Part shown: positions 54,320-63,744 of the stretch, in pieces
How the letters are laid out: the number at the start of each line of letters is the position of its first letter
Position numbering within the stretch: the first letter of the stretch is position 1
From: a virus
Lineage: Duplodnaviria; Heunggongvirae; Uroviricota; Caudoviricetes
DNA length: 64,000 nt
IMG/VR virus record: IMGVR_UViG_2903405734_000002
Location: 64,001 to 128,000 of that record
Strand: one strand, 5' to 3'
Translations under genes and position numbers: made by a program
The notes under the pieces: generated by a model
The model's database searches: none
What the model was told of the DNA's origin: nothing
Seen by the model: the letters and a program-made list of their open reading frames with translations, nothing else

Positions 54320-56167
54320 TTAAATTTCCATCTCAGGTTCTTTTTTTGAGTGCTTCTTAATAAACATTTTTTCAGCAGACTCTCTGTTTTGTTCAGTAGT
54401 GAATGGTGATTTGAGCACAATCTCTTGGCTTTTCTCTGCCTCCAATTCCTTCTGAAAATCATCTAGATTTTCAAATAGGACTTCCAACAACCTCTCTTTG
54501 AGAGACTCCCTATCCTCACCGGAAAAACCATAATAAGGTACATCAAGATCACTAAAGCTCTCATTGTCTCTAATCTCTTCTTTAACGCAATCAATAATAT
54601 CCTCGTCAGAATAATTTTTTCCGTATTCTTCATTTATTGCATGATATCTTTTCAGCAAATCTTGTGGAGATAGCTCGAACTTCCATTTGTCATTGATGTG
54701 CTCATATGATAGACCATTGCACTCAAGCGTTGTATTTACAGCATCCATTGTTGCCTTAACAGCATCATACAGCTCAGAGTATGCTCCAGACTCTGCCGAA
54801 CTCTCTGATGCGCGTAATAACGCCTCTTGAATGGTTGAGTCAGATTCATAATCTTCAATAAAAATTCCAGCCTTTAAAATCCCGCTGCCTGAACTTATAT
54901 CAATGCCTTCATCTTCAAGAATTTCAGCATAGTTTCTTTCAAGGTATGCCTGGACAATACCGATAATTTCGTGATTTTCGCTTATAAGATTGTCAAGCAC
55001 TGTTTCACATTCATACTCATCAATGGCGACATCGCCGACATCAAAATAACCTTCTTTTATTGTTTCAACATAGCGACCAAGCTCTTTTAGCTTGAATGTA
55101 TCTGCAAAGTCTTCCAGGTCATCGCCAGAAAAAATCTCAATGGCATTCCTTTCTTTATCTTCTTCGCTAAGTCCAATTGCTTCTGATAATCCATTGATTA
55201 CTCGTTCATTAACTTCCTTGCCATTGAATAACCAATGGTCATAGAACGAAACAAGAGATGGCTTAACTTCTGAAATTTCTTTAATCTCTTCTGTGCTTAG
55301 GTCGGATAGCATAAAGTTGTTTTGAGGCTTATACCCTCCGCCATCCATTTTATTAACGAGATCTGTCTTTAAGAACTCAACGATTGAAGGCCAGTATTTT
55401 TCATCTGGCTTTTCATTTCCGTACCCCTTGATCTCTCCTGTATGGCCTTTTGAGACATCGTTCATAATAAGTGTTACATGGGGTATCCAGTGGTTGTCTC
55501 TAAGAGGATCTCTACTCCTTAGCGAGTACACATTTTGTCCTGGGCGACCATAGCCGTTACCGCAATGATGCATTGCGTCTCCCTCTCTTTTGCAACCTGG
55601 CGTTTGCAGATCGAACCAGGTATATCCGTCCTTTGTTTCCATGACGACTTCACCATACTCCTCAAGGGAGCGGTTTGCTGTCTTGTCCATCCATTCTTGT
55701 TCGAGATCACTCAGCTCATCAAGTATCTGAGACGGAGATTGGGAATCAAAGGCATGATTTTTGACAGAATGAATCCTAAGATCCATAAAGTGCTCAAGCC
55801 TAAGAGATAGGTCTTCCATCGCCCTTTCAGTCATGAGGTTTTCTAAAATGTCACTTGCAGAAGCATCATGCTCATTTTCGAATTTTTTGATCCACTTACT
55901 GTCTGAAACTGGCATCAGAGTTGTTTGTCTCTTTCCATTTTCAAAGTCAGGGAAAATAGCCTCATTGGCACCATCACTGGAAACATTCATCGCGGATTTC
56001 AACATCCTGTATTTGAAAATCCTAAGAAACCATGTGATTTTGTCATCCTTTTTTAATGTTTTTCTTGCCCAGTTGATATTTTCTTGTATGTTATCCTTGA
56101 TGTTTTTTGGCGCTTCTTTGAATAGCGTTGAGGCAAACATCTGCTGGTATCTTGATTTTGATGACAT
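54320..56167 (-). CDS. PcfJ-like domain protein with acidic C-half; tail ...KEPEMEI
   Basis: EG..M.HC...Y....VYSLR....PHVT.......EIKGYGN.KP. Confidence 0.7.
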   Translation of the reverse strand: MSSKSRYQQMFASTLFKEAPKNIKDNIQENINWARKTLKKDDKITWFLRIFKYRMLKSAMNVSSDGANEAIFPDFENGKRQTTLMPVSDSKWIKKFENEHDASASDILENLMTERAMEDLSLRLEHFMDLRIHSVKNHAFDSQSPSQILDELSDLEQEWMDKTANRSLEEYGEVVMETKDGYTWFDLQTPGCKREGDAMHHCGNGYGRPGQNVYSLRSRDPLRDNHWIPHVTLIMNDVSKGHTGEIKGYGNEKPDEKYWPSIVEFLKTDLVNKMDGGGYKPQNNFMLSDLSTEEIKEISEVKPSLVSFYDHWLFNGKEVNERVINGLSEAIGLSEEDKERNAIEIFSGDDLEDFADTFKLKELGRYVETIKEGYFDVGDVAIDEYECETVLDNLISENHEIIGIVQAYLERNYAEILEDEGIDISSGSGILKAGIFIEDYESDSTIQEALLRASESSAESGAYSELYDAVKATMDAVNTTLECNGLSYEHINDKWKFELSPQDLLKRYHAINEEYGKNYSDEDIIDCVKEEIRDNESFSDLDVPYYGFSGEDRESLKERLLEVLFENLDDFQKELEAEKSQEIVLKSPFTTEQNRESAEKMFIKKHSKKEPEMEI

Positions 56168-56323
56168 GACTTACCCTTTATTGTTCTTATTTTTACAACA
56201 ATTATATCATGTGCGAAGCCATAGACAAAAACAATGCTCGAAAAAATCGATAATTATTGCAAAATAAATATGGTAACTATACAATAAAACCTCTCGATAA
56301 AAACAATAACAAAAGGTATTGAA

Positions 56324-56845
56324 ATGGCACTAAAATCAAGTGACGCTCTCGTTTTTAAATCCCTCTCTGCTTCGCTCAAAATGATGTTGAAGCTCAATCC
56401 TGATATTGATGCTGTTAAAGATGCAATGGCTCAAAATATCTCTGAATTCGAAGCCGCATCAGGTCATCTTGTCAGGTTCTCTCTGGTGGATGGCGAGTGG
56501 CAGATGGTTCTGGTTGATGGCAAGAAAGACTTTATCAGGATTAGGAAGCCTAATGAGGAAAGCAAGGTTCTTCGAACCAGGATTAACAGCGTTCAAATTG
56601 AAGTTAAGCTCCAAAAGTCTGGCGAGTATGAGTTTGACAACGAATGGATTGCCAAGGCACTGAAAGATCTTGCAGCTGAAATTGAAGGTCTCGACCTCTC
56701 TCTTGTTGAGCAAGATGCGTGTGATGTAAGAAAGCTGGCTTCTGGTGATTTGTCTGGCCCTGATACGGATGCTGATTCTGAATCTGATGAAGATCAAGAA
56801 GATAAAGATGTGGCACAAACATCTCCGCAAGACGAAGAAGAATAA
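56324..56845 (+). CDS. Hypothetical protein with acidic C-terminal tail
   Basis: AAGG RBS; terminator downstream. Confidence 0.75.
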   Translation: MALKSSDALVFKSLSASLKMMLKLNPDIDAVKDAMAQNISEFEAASGHLVRFSLVDGEWQMVLVDGKKDFIRIRKPNEESKVLRTRINSVQIEVKLQKSGEYEFDNEWIAKALKDLAAEIEGLDLSLVEQDACDVRKLASGDLSGPDTDADSESDEDQEDKDVAQTSPQDEEE

Positions 56846-56846
56846 G

Positions 56847-56872
56847 AAAAGGCGGCCATTGGCCGCCTTTTT
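56847..56872. terminator. Bidirectional intrinsic terminator
   Basis: AAAAGGCGGCC-ATT-GGCCGCCTTTT. Confidence 0.85.
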
Positions 56873-56890
56873 GTTTGCTGTAGATTCCTG

Positions 56891-58582
56891 TCAGTAAATT
56901 GATGATGCTTTTTTTTGCATCACAATAGAAAGCGGAAGTGAGTTTACATACTCATCAAACTCATTTTTAACTCGCTGATATGCGGTGTTTTCAATCTCTG
57001 TTGTCTTTAGCGTGGCCGCTAATGCCAGGGAGTTTCTGCAATCATTAATGAGAGACTCCCTCACAGCATATCGCTTCATATAAATGACACCACACTCAAT
57101 AAAGCTGATATTGAACAAGAAAGACAATGGGCAGATGTCTACGGCCTGCTTGAACTTTCGAATAGCCTGCTGTGATGAACTCTTTTTCAGGAGATCTCGG
57201 CCCTCTCTGTGCAGCTCTGATGCTTGCATGTACTTGGGGTTAGAGCCAACCTCATTGCGAATCATCTGCTCTCTAGCCTTATCCAGGGCCTTGATTTGAC
57301 CGCTAAACTCAAGCTTATAGAGAAGGTCTCTTGATTGCTCAACATTGCCAGCCGAGTTCATCGCAAGCAAAAAGTCAGCAGCCACATCATGATCACTATG
57401 CAAGTAGGTTTCATGATTAAAGAGTGCATTGCTGAGTATTACGTTGGCTGCGCTCCTGTTACCTCTGCTTTCTTCTGCTTTTGCAGAAATGATTGCCCGA
57501 TAAACCTGTATCATTACATCATGAGGGAACTTCTTTGCCCCCATGTTGATAATGTCATTTGCCTCATCAATCGGGTTTCTTCCCTTTCTTATGCCCATCA
57601 GAGAGGCAAGATCCTCATTCTTCTTCCTGATGACATTAGCAAGATTGATGTACAGCATTGGCGTCTCATTTCTACTTGATGACGCAATCTGCAAGGCCCG
57701 CTTGTAGGTTGAAATGGATTTGTCATGCATTCCAAGCTCCATGCTGATCGCAGCACAGGAGATCAAAGTGTCAAAATCATTTGGATCAAGTTTCCTTGCC
57801 TGCTCGTAAGCAGACAGCGCCTTCTCTTTTTCACCAATGACATTGTGACACTTTCCTAGAAGCTGGTATGGCTTTGCAGAGTATCCACATACATCAACAT
57901 ACTCCTTCGCTTCAACCAGGGCATCATTATGGTTTCCTTGCTCATAGAGCGCATTAATTAGTGCAATCCTAACCCATTCTGCATTCCGCTTTTGCAGGAC
58001 AGCCCTGCTGATTTTTTCGACTGACTCATAATTGGAAAAGTGCTGATAGATCTCTGTCAGCTTCCTGGTCGCCCAGTACCCGATAAGGTCATCTCTTTCC
58101 ATCAAATCTTCACACTGAGCTGATGCAACACCAGTTTCTTTGTCACAAAGTGATTTGCGAATATCGATTGTAGCAAGATAGTTCTCGCAACCACGCAAGA
58201 TATGGGTTCTAAGCACCTTCATTGAGTAAGGATGAAGGATTAGCTCCTCTGGCCCTTCTGCCATGGCAGCAGAAAGCATAGAGCGGCTATTCTCATTGCA
58301 TGTGTAGATGATTGAGTACATGTCTCGCTGGCTTGATGGCAAGCTCTGGATAAGGCTAAGACCAGTATCTTTATCCTTTATGCCCCAATCGGCAATGATA
58401 AGCTCATACTGGCTCCTTTCAAGGAGCTTTAATGAAAAGCCGAGATCGGTCTCTATGCGAACACTATTGATCCCCAGGTTATAAAGTGTCCTGCGAATGA
58501 AATGAGCATAAAGCTGATGCCTCTCAATAATGAGGCATCTGAACTTACCAAGCTGTAAACGACAGTCCATTAGAGACCTCAT
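56891..58582 (-). CDS. Atypical receiver domain + TPR protein
   Basis: LIIER (acidic pair degenerate), IIADW, LHPY (Lys to His), followed by TPR-like helices. Confidence 0.8.
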   Translation of the reverse strand: MRSLMDCRLQLGKFRCLIIERHQLYAHFIRRTLYNLGINSVRIETDLGFSLKLLERSQYELIIADWGIKDKDTGLSLIQSLPSSQRDMYSIIYTCNENSRSMLSAAMAEGPEELILHPYSMKVLRTHILRGCENYLATIDIRKSLCDKETGVASAQCEDLMERDDLIGYWATRKLTEIYQHFSNYESVEKISRAVLQKRNAEWVRIALINALYEQGNHNDALVEAKEYVDVCGYSAKPYQLLGKCHNVIGEKEKALSAYEQARKLDPNDFDTLISCAAISMELGMHDKSISTYKRALQIASSSRNETPMLYINLANVIRKKNEDLASLMGIRKGRNPIDEANDIINMGAKKFPHDVMIQVYRAIISAKAEESRGNRSAANVILSNALFNHETYLHSDHDVAADFLLAMNSAGNVEQSRDLLYKLEFSGQIKALDKAREQMIRNEVGSNPKYMQASELHREGRDLLKKSSSQQAIRKFKQAVDICPLSFLFNISFIECGVIYMKRYAVRESLINDCRNSLALAATLKTTEIENTAYQRVKNEFDEYVNSLPLSIVMQKKASSIY

Positions 58583-58727
58583 TGTTGAATGAATTATATA
58601 TCAACATAATATATAGATGATGGTATCAAAAGTCAAGTATCTCACTTATTTAATAAACATATTATTGCATTTAATAAATACCTGTTTTACCATGTGATTA
58701 ATAAGAACAATAATAAGGCATGTAGAT

Positions 58728-59249
58728 ATGACGCCAAGGAAGCCAGAAAAAATCAGCATCATGCTAAATGCTGTTGAAAAAATTGGTATCAACAATCTTC
58801 TATCTGATGAAAACCTCAAGTTTGATTTTCGTCTAGGAAAGAATTCGCTTGGTCATCCTATTTGCATCGCCAAGTCAGAAATCAACCTGGATAAGTTGCC
58901 AGTTGAGGTTTTTGCATTCATGGTTGGAGCAATGAAAAACCATAGGGTGGCTCTAATCAATTTGAAGAGCGATGGAAGTCCGACAAACAACATTAAAATA
59001 CAGCACAACCTGTCTGAGAATTTCTCAAGAGACCCAGAGCTTCAAAGTCAGGTCAAAAACTATACAGTTAGCACAATCAAAAAAGCCCTTGATGCTGAGC
59101 TAAATGAGCTAAAAGCAGCAAAGAATGGCAAGGCTATTGGTAACCCATTTAAGTCCATTAAGCCCGATAAACCAGGATTTTTTGAGAGGATAATGTCAGG
59201 ATTAAAAAAGGAACGGGATCTTTCGAGCAGAGCAATTGACATGGCATAA
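58728..59249 (+). CDS. Hypothetical protein; tail ...KKERDLSSRAIDMA
   Basis: AAGG RBS; (AAN)6 leader. Confidence 0.75.
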   Translation: MTPRKPEKISIMLNAVEKIGINNLLSDENLKFDFRLGKNSLGHPICIAKSEINLDKLPVEVFAFMVGAMKNHRVALINLKSDGSPTNNIKIQHNLSENFSRDPELQSQVKNYTVSTIKKALDAELNELKAAKNGKAIGNPFKSIKPDKPGFFERIMSGLKKERDLSSRAIDMA

Positions 59250-59305
59250 AGCCTGACTATATTGCTATCAAGGAGAGTATTTTTAAATCTTCATGGCGGT
59301 GTAGT

Positions 59306-59533
59306 ATGAGGGGAAGTATATTTAATATAACTAATGAGTGCAATGTCTACCTATGGGATCCAGATGTTGTTCCACACAAAGAGATTTATGAAAAACTGAA
59401 AGCACATGGCGTACTATCAGGATTTCATCGGCTAGATGAGATTACAAAATTGTCTCCGCTAGGGTTTCCTGGTTGGATTGCGGATCTGCAACAGTATGCA
59501 GAAAAAAACCAGATTACAGTATACGCCCAGTAG
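59306..59533 (+). CDS. Small hypothetical protein
   Basis: 75-aa ORF followed by hairpins and a terminator. Confidence 0.6.
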   Translation: MRGSIFNITNECNVYLWDPDVVPHKEIYEKLKAHGVLSGFHRLDEITKLSPLGFPGWIADLQQYAEKNQITVYAQ

Positions 59534-59572
59534 AAACTGGGAATAATTCTTACCACTTGTGGTAAGGAAAAT

Positions 59573-59599
59573 AAAAACCGCCTTAACGGCGGTTTTTTT
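59573..59599. terminator. Bidirectional intrinsic terminator
   Basis: AAAAACCGCC-TTAAC-GGCGGTTTTT. Confidence 0.85.
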
Positions 59600-61196
59600 A
59601 ATCATTCAGTTTTTTCATTGATATTCTATGAAGCTCACTCTTGATTGTGAGATATCGCTGATAAAGCGGGCTATCCTCTTTTTGCACAGGGATTCTCTCA
59701 AAGCAACGGAATGAATTGTTGATAAGACGATCAATTCCATGCATGTTTCTCAGCGAGAGCTCCAGGAATATCTCTATGAGTAAAATATTCAGGCCAGAAT
59801 GACTTGGAACTAAAACTAACCCTTTTTGAATGAGTCTTTCAGCTTCATCAAGCTGCTTTTCTTTGAATGCGACTGATGCTTGAGCAAAAAGCATGTCTGC
59901 TCTTTCCATTACATTTACCCGAGGGCGTGATCGCTGTTCAGATAATGTAGGTTGATCTGATGCAACCCATGCCGCAACCTGCTCCCTGGTTGATAAAGAA
60001 AGAGGAAGCCCATCTGAAAGAGATAAAATCTGGCAGGCAATGATCGAATCCATCACATAATCTTCATTGGCAGAAAAATGATTAACCATTTCAGAAAACT
60101 GAAATGCAGCAGATTCAACCTCTCCTTTATACTGTAAGGCCAACACGCTAAACATTTGAGCACAAAGATTAAACTCGTGCATTGTTGGGTATTTATTGTA
60201 CCCGAATGACATTAGCTTGCCTGTGTTTGCCATCAACTTACTATCTTTTTCTCCATCCTGCTCGCTGTACTTGAATGTCATTTTTGACAGCTTGGAATAT
60301 CGCTCTTTACTCTCCATCGGAGTGTCCATCGTCATCTCAATAGAGCGCATAATAGAACGAAGAGAAAGCTTATACTCTCCATCAGCAAAGGAAACCTCAG
60401 CCTGGTAATCATAAAAGCTATGATTATCAGGGCAGGAAACTATTGCCTTGTTTAAGTATGTTGAAGCGAGGTCAAACTGACCAATTGAGACATAGCACTC
60501 TGACAGCAACCTCAAGACGGTCGCGCTGCTTTTCAGGGCTTCTGGCAATCCATTGATAAGCTTAATTGCGTCTCCATGCCGCTCAATGGACAAGTAAGCC
60601 TGGACAAGCAAAATGATAGCCCAATGACTCTTGTACTCCCTGATCTCTTTTAAGCAAAAATCAATAACATCAGTGAACTTTCCAGAGCTAAATAGGATTT
60701 CACAATGAAGATTGCGGATCCATCCATTTGGCTTTATTTTGTTTGCAGCAATGCAGTCATTTAATGCATCTTCATTGTCGCTTTCGCAAATTTTTTCCCT
60801 GATAGACATGGTTTCTTTCAGGTTTTCAAGACAGCACTTAATTCCGTTCTCAAAAGCCTTGCTGTTGTATGGCTTTGTGACTACAAAATCGGGCCTTGTT
60901 CTTAACGGCATGATGTAAAAATCAGATATGGTTCCAGATGAGGTTAACATGAACGCGGTAGTGCATTTCATCCTCTTGGAGAGTCGAAGTCCTTCGAATG
61001 TCACACATCCATTTAAGCGGCCATAAAGATGGTCATCACAAATGACCAGGTTATAGTCATTATCTTGCACAAAGGCATTGTTTGCATCCTCGCCAGTAGA
61101 CACAACATCGATCTTGGAAAAGCCCAGGCTAGATGCAATTCTTTTCCAAATATCAAGATAGATGTTTTGCTGGGATAGTATAAACAACGCTTTCAT
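59598..61196 (-). CDS. Atypical receiver domain + TPR protein (paralogue-like of 56891)
   Basis: ILSQ (no acidic pair), VICDD, MLTS, TKPY, followed by TPR-like helices. Confidence 0.8.
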   Translation of the reverse strand: MKALFILSQQNIYLDIWKRIASSLGFSKIDVVSTGEDANNAFVQDNDYNLVICDDHLYGRLNGCVTFEGLRLSKRMKCTTAFMLTSSGTISDFYIMPLRTRPDFVVTKPYNSKAFENGIKCCLENLKETMSIREKICESDNEDALNDCIAANKIKPNGWIRNLHCEILFSSGKFTDVIDFCLKEIREYKSHWAIILLVQAYLSIERHGDAIKLINGLPEALKSSATVLRLLSECYVSIGQFDLASTYLNKAIVSCPDNHSFYDYQAEVSFADGEYKLSLRSIMRSIEMTMDTPMESKERYSKLSKMTFKYSEQDGEKDSKLMANTGKLMSFGYNKYPTMHEFNLCAQMFSVLALQYKGEVESAAFQFSEMVNHFSANEDYVMDSIIACQILSLSDGLPLSLSTREQVAAWVASDQPTLSEQRSRPRVNVMERADMLFAQASVAFKEKQLDEAERLIQKGLVLVPSHSGLNILLIEIFLELSLRNMHGIDRLINNSFRCFERIPVQKEDSPLYQRYLTIKSELHRISMKKLND

Positions 61197-61368
61197 TAAG
61201 TTAACCTCTCTAGTCTCCCTTCATGGAGACACCGCAGACATTCAAGTATTATAAGAGCAATTAAATAAATGTCAATAAACCGACTTGTTTTATTCTTAAA
61301 ATTTATGTCTGTCTAAAATATTAGAGGGGGCCTTGGCCCCCTTTCAACAATTGAAAAAACGATTATTT

Positions 61369-62529
61369 TCAGCTTACAGCAAAATCTTTTGTTGATGGCT
61401 TTCTCACCTGAGAGCCATTTGATGTCGCAGAAAGGTGCTCAATTGATTCCCTTATGTTGCTCATGAGCTCAACATCATCAATTAACTTTTTGGTTAGAAA
61501 CAATGAGTTCCGATCATCCTGGTTGTGAATCTCATTGCCGTCCATTGTTGCATAGCTAAGTGATGGAAGATCATCCCATTGCATTGAGTACAGATAATTT
61601 GTCAACTTAGCATAAACATCAAAGAACAAGGATTCATCGGGCTCCATCCTTGTGCCTCTTTCCACAACAATGGTTTTTTTATCGTAAAAATCAAGCTGGC
61701 TGACAGAAAGATTCTCCGTGAAATCAAAGCTATCACCATCAGAAAAGTTAACTGACATTGATGAGTGCTTCACAGGAACAAACAACTTGGAAAGAGCAGT
61801 ATCTTTTCCGTCAGTGACGGTGATGATAGCCCTGTCATTTGTTTCTTCAAAATCAATACTTAGGTTGTGCCTAAGTGCAATTGCCTGCATTTCTATCTGC
61901 TCAAATGTAGACCTAATTCGGGCGGCCTCATCTTTGGCAGAATCAACGATAATTAGTGGCTTGGCTCCAAATTCATCATGATATCCATTATATTTGTTGA
62001 TTATATATGTTGCAGTATCGTACATCTTGCTTTGATCTGTTTTGCCCAGGCTCATAAACTCAGCCAATGTCTCTGGCAGATCATAAACACGACCGATGTT
62101 TTTGTTAACAAGACCTCTTACCGAAAAGTTTTGTTCCAGCGTCCTTTCTTTTTCGGATGCGATTTTCTCTTTCAGGTTGCTAAAGTAGTCCTTCCTTTTT
62201 CCTGTTTCATCAAGAAATTTCTTATCAGTAAGGTCTCCAACAGGTATTTCTCTGATTATTTCTTTTGAGCCAATAACAAGTGAAGAAGGGTAAAAATCAG
62301 CGTGAAAATCTTCATTGTTCACATTGTTAAACAAAAACCCATCAACACCATCTTTTTTAACACTAAAAGCATTAACATAGAATGTTTTTTTAACATCGAT
62401 TGATGAAGTGCAAACCGTTGTATTGATTCCGACATTGCAGAGCTCGACACAACCGTTTTTGTTGGCGCTCTCTGAAAGAATTTTTCTTGAAACTTCCCTG
62501 CTTAGGTTCATTTCTGGGGCGTTCTTCAT
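61369..62529 (-). CDS. Hypothetical protein
   Basis: 386-aa ORF with GAGG RBS; no recognised motif. Confidence 0.75.
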   Translation of the reverse strand: MKNAPEMNLSREVSRKILSESANKNGCVELCNVGINTTVCTSSIDVKKTFYVNAFSVKKDGVDGFLFNNVNNEDFHADFYPSSLVIGSKEIIREIPVGDLTDKKFLDETGKRKDYFSNLKEKIASEKERTLEQNFSVRGLVNKNIGRVYDLPETLAEFMSLGKTDQSKMYDTATYIINKYNGYHDEFGAKPLIIVDSAKDEAARIRSTFEQIEMQAIALRHNLSIDFEETNDRAIITVTDGKDTALSKLFVPVKHSSMSVNFSDGDSFDFTENLSVSQLDFYDKKTIVVERGTRMEPDESLFFDVYAKLTNYLYSMQWDDLPSLSYATMDGNEIHNQDDRNSLFLTKKLIDDVELMSNIRESIEHLSATSNGSQVRKPSTKDFAVS

Positions 62530-62750
62530 TGTTTTGGCCTCTTATAATTATTATTGCAATAATTATATCACTGTTTTGCCGAAGATATACAGTGCCAATT
62601 AGATATTTTTGATATTATTCTGTGTGATTTATTAAAAACTGTAACTTGATTACATTAATCTCTTGATGTTACTTGCATCTGTAATTATTATATATAGAGA
62701 TGGTCTTCAATACATGCTATTGCGTGACCCAGTGTATTTTTGGGAGGCAT

Positions 62751-63608
62751 ATGAATAATAAAGTTTTGATAGCAAGAAATGGAAGCTTTAGGAATGGTAT
62801 TAAGATAGCTGACATATGCAACAAGAGTGAGTCACACAACCCTAGCTGGTTGATTAGAATAAAAAAAGGCGATTATGTAGAAAGCTATGGTGTTTATGCA
62901 GAAAATCACGAATCAGCCATAGCAGCATTTTGTCGGTATGAAATAAGTCAACGTAAGTGTGGTAAAGGCGGTCTTGTAAAAACGATAGTTGAGGTAGATC
63001 CATCGGTGATAAGCCCAAGGATGGAGTCAAATGCATTCATAGGAATAGATGGAAAGATTTTTTGCGTTAATGGAATTGAAGCGGAAAGAGCTAGATTTGT
63101 CATGGTTTCTGCAAGATATGAATCAATGCTTACCACTGGCAGCTTAGATTCAAGGTTAAATAATGTAAAAATAAGAATCGCAGAAATACTCCTAAATAAA
63201 AACCAAGAAAAACTTGAGAAAGCCTATGAGGTTTATGAGGCTCTTGGTGGTGACGTTATAGGAAAAAATAGAATTAAAATAGAGCTATCATCATCAAGGG
63301 GAAAGTTTGATACCGAAATTTTTGTAACAGACCTTATGCATGAGCTGGGTCAAAGGGGTATTCACTCAAGCTCATTTCATCTAGATGGTTGCGGTGATTT
63401 TATCTATATAGATACAAATGAGTTTGAAAAAGAGCGCATCATGAAGGCTGTAGATAAGATTGTTCTTCTAGACCCCACAGGCGTTGTTGTTTCGCATTCA
63501 ATGATGACTGGTGAGAATAAGTACATAAAGGAGATCGGAAAGAATAGCGAGCATGCCATGAAGTTTGCAGGTTCTCCATCTCCAGGAAGTCTTGCAATGA
63601 GCGCCTAA
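62751..63608 (+). CDS. Hypothetical protein; tail ...SPSPGSLAMSA
   Basis: GGAGG RBS before ATG 62751. Confidence 0.75.
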   Translation: MNNKVLIARNGSFRNGIKIADICNKSESHNPSWLIRIKKGDYVESYGVYAENHESAIAAFCRYEISQRKCGKGGLVKTIVEVDPSVISPRMESNAFIGIDGKIFCVNGIEAERARFVMVSARYESMLTTGSLDSRLNNVKIRIAEILLNKNQEKLEKAYEVYEALGGDVIGKNRIKIELSSSRGKFDTEIFVTDLMHELGQRGIHSSSFHLDGCGDFIYIDTNEFEKERIMKAVDKIVLLDPTGVVVSHSMMTGENKYIKEIGKNSEHAMKFAGSPSPGSLAMSA

Positions 63609-63689
63609 AATATTTAATGAGTAAATATTTATTTAGTTAGCAAAAAATCACTTCTCGTTCTAGCCGTCCTTGAAAGGGCGGCATTTTAT

Positions 63690-63717
63690 TTGACAGAAAA
63701 TATATATATGGTATAGT
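63690..63717 (+). promoter_or_regulatory. sigma70 promoter (extended -10)
   Basis: TTGACA-16 nt-TATAGT with TG at -15/-14. Confidence 0.7.
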
Positions 63718-63744
63718 TTAATGTATTAACTTATGGGGGCTTGC

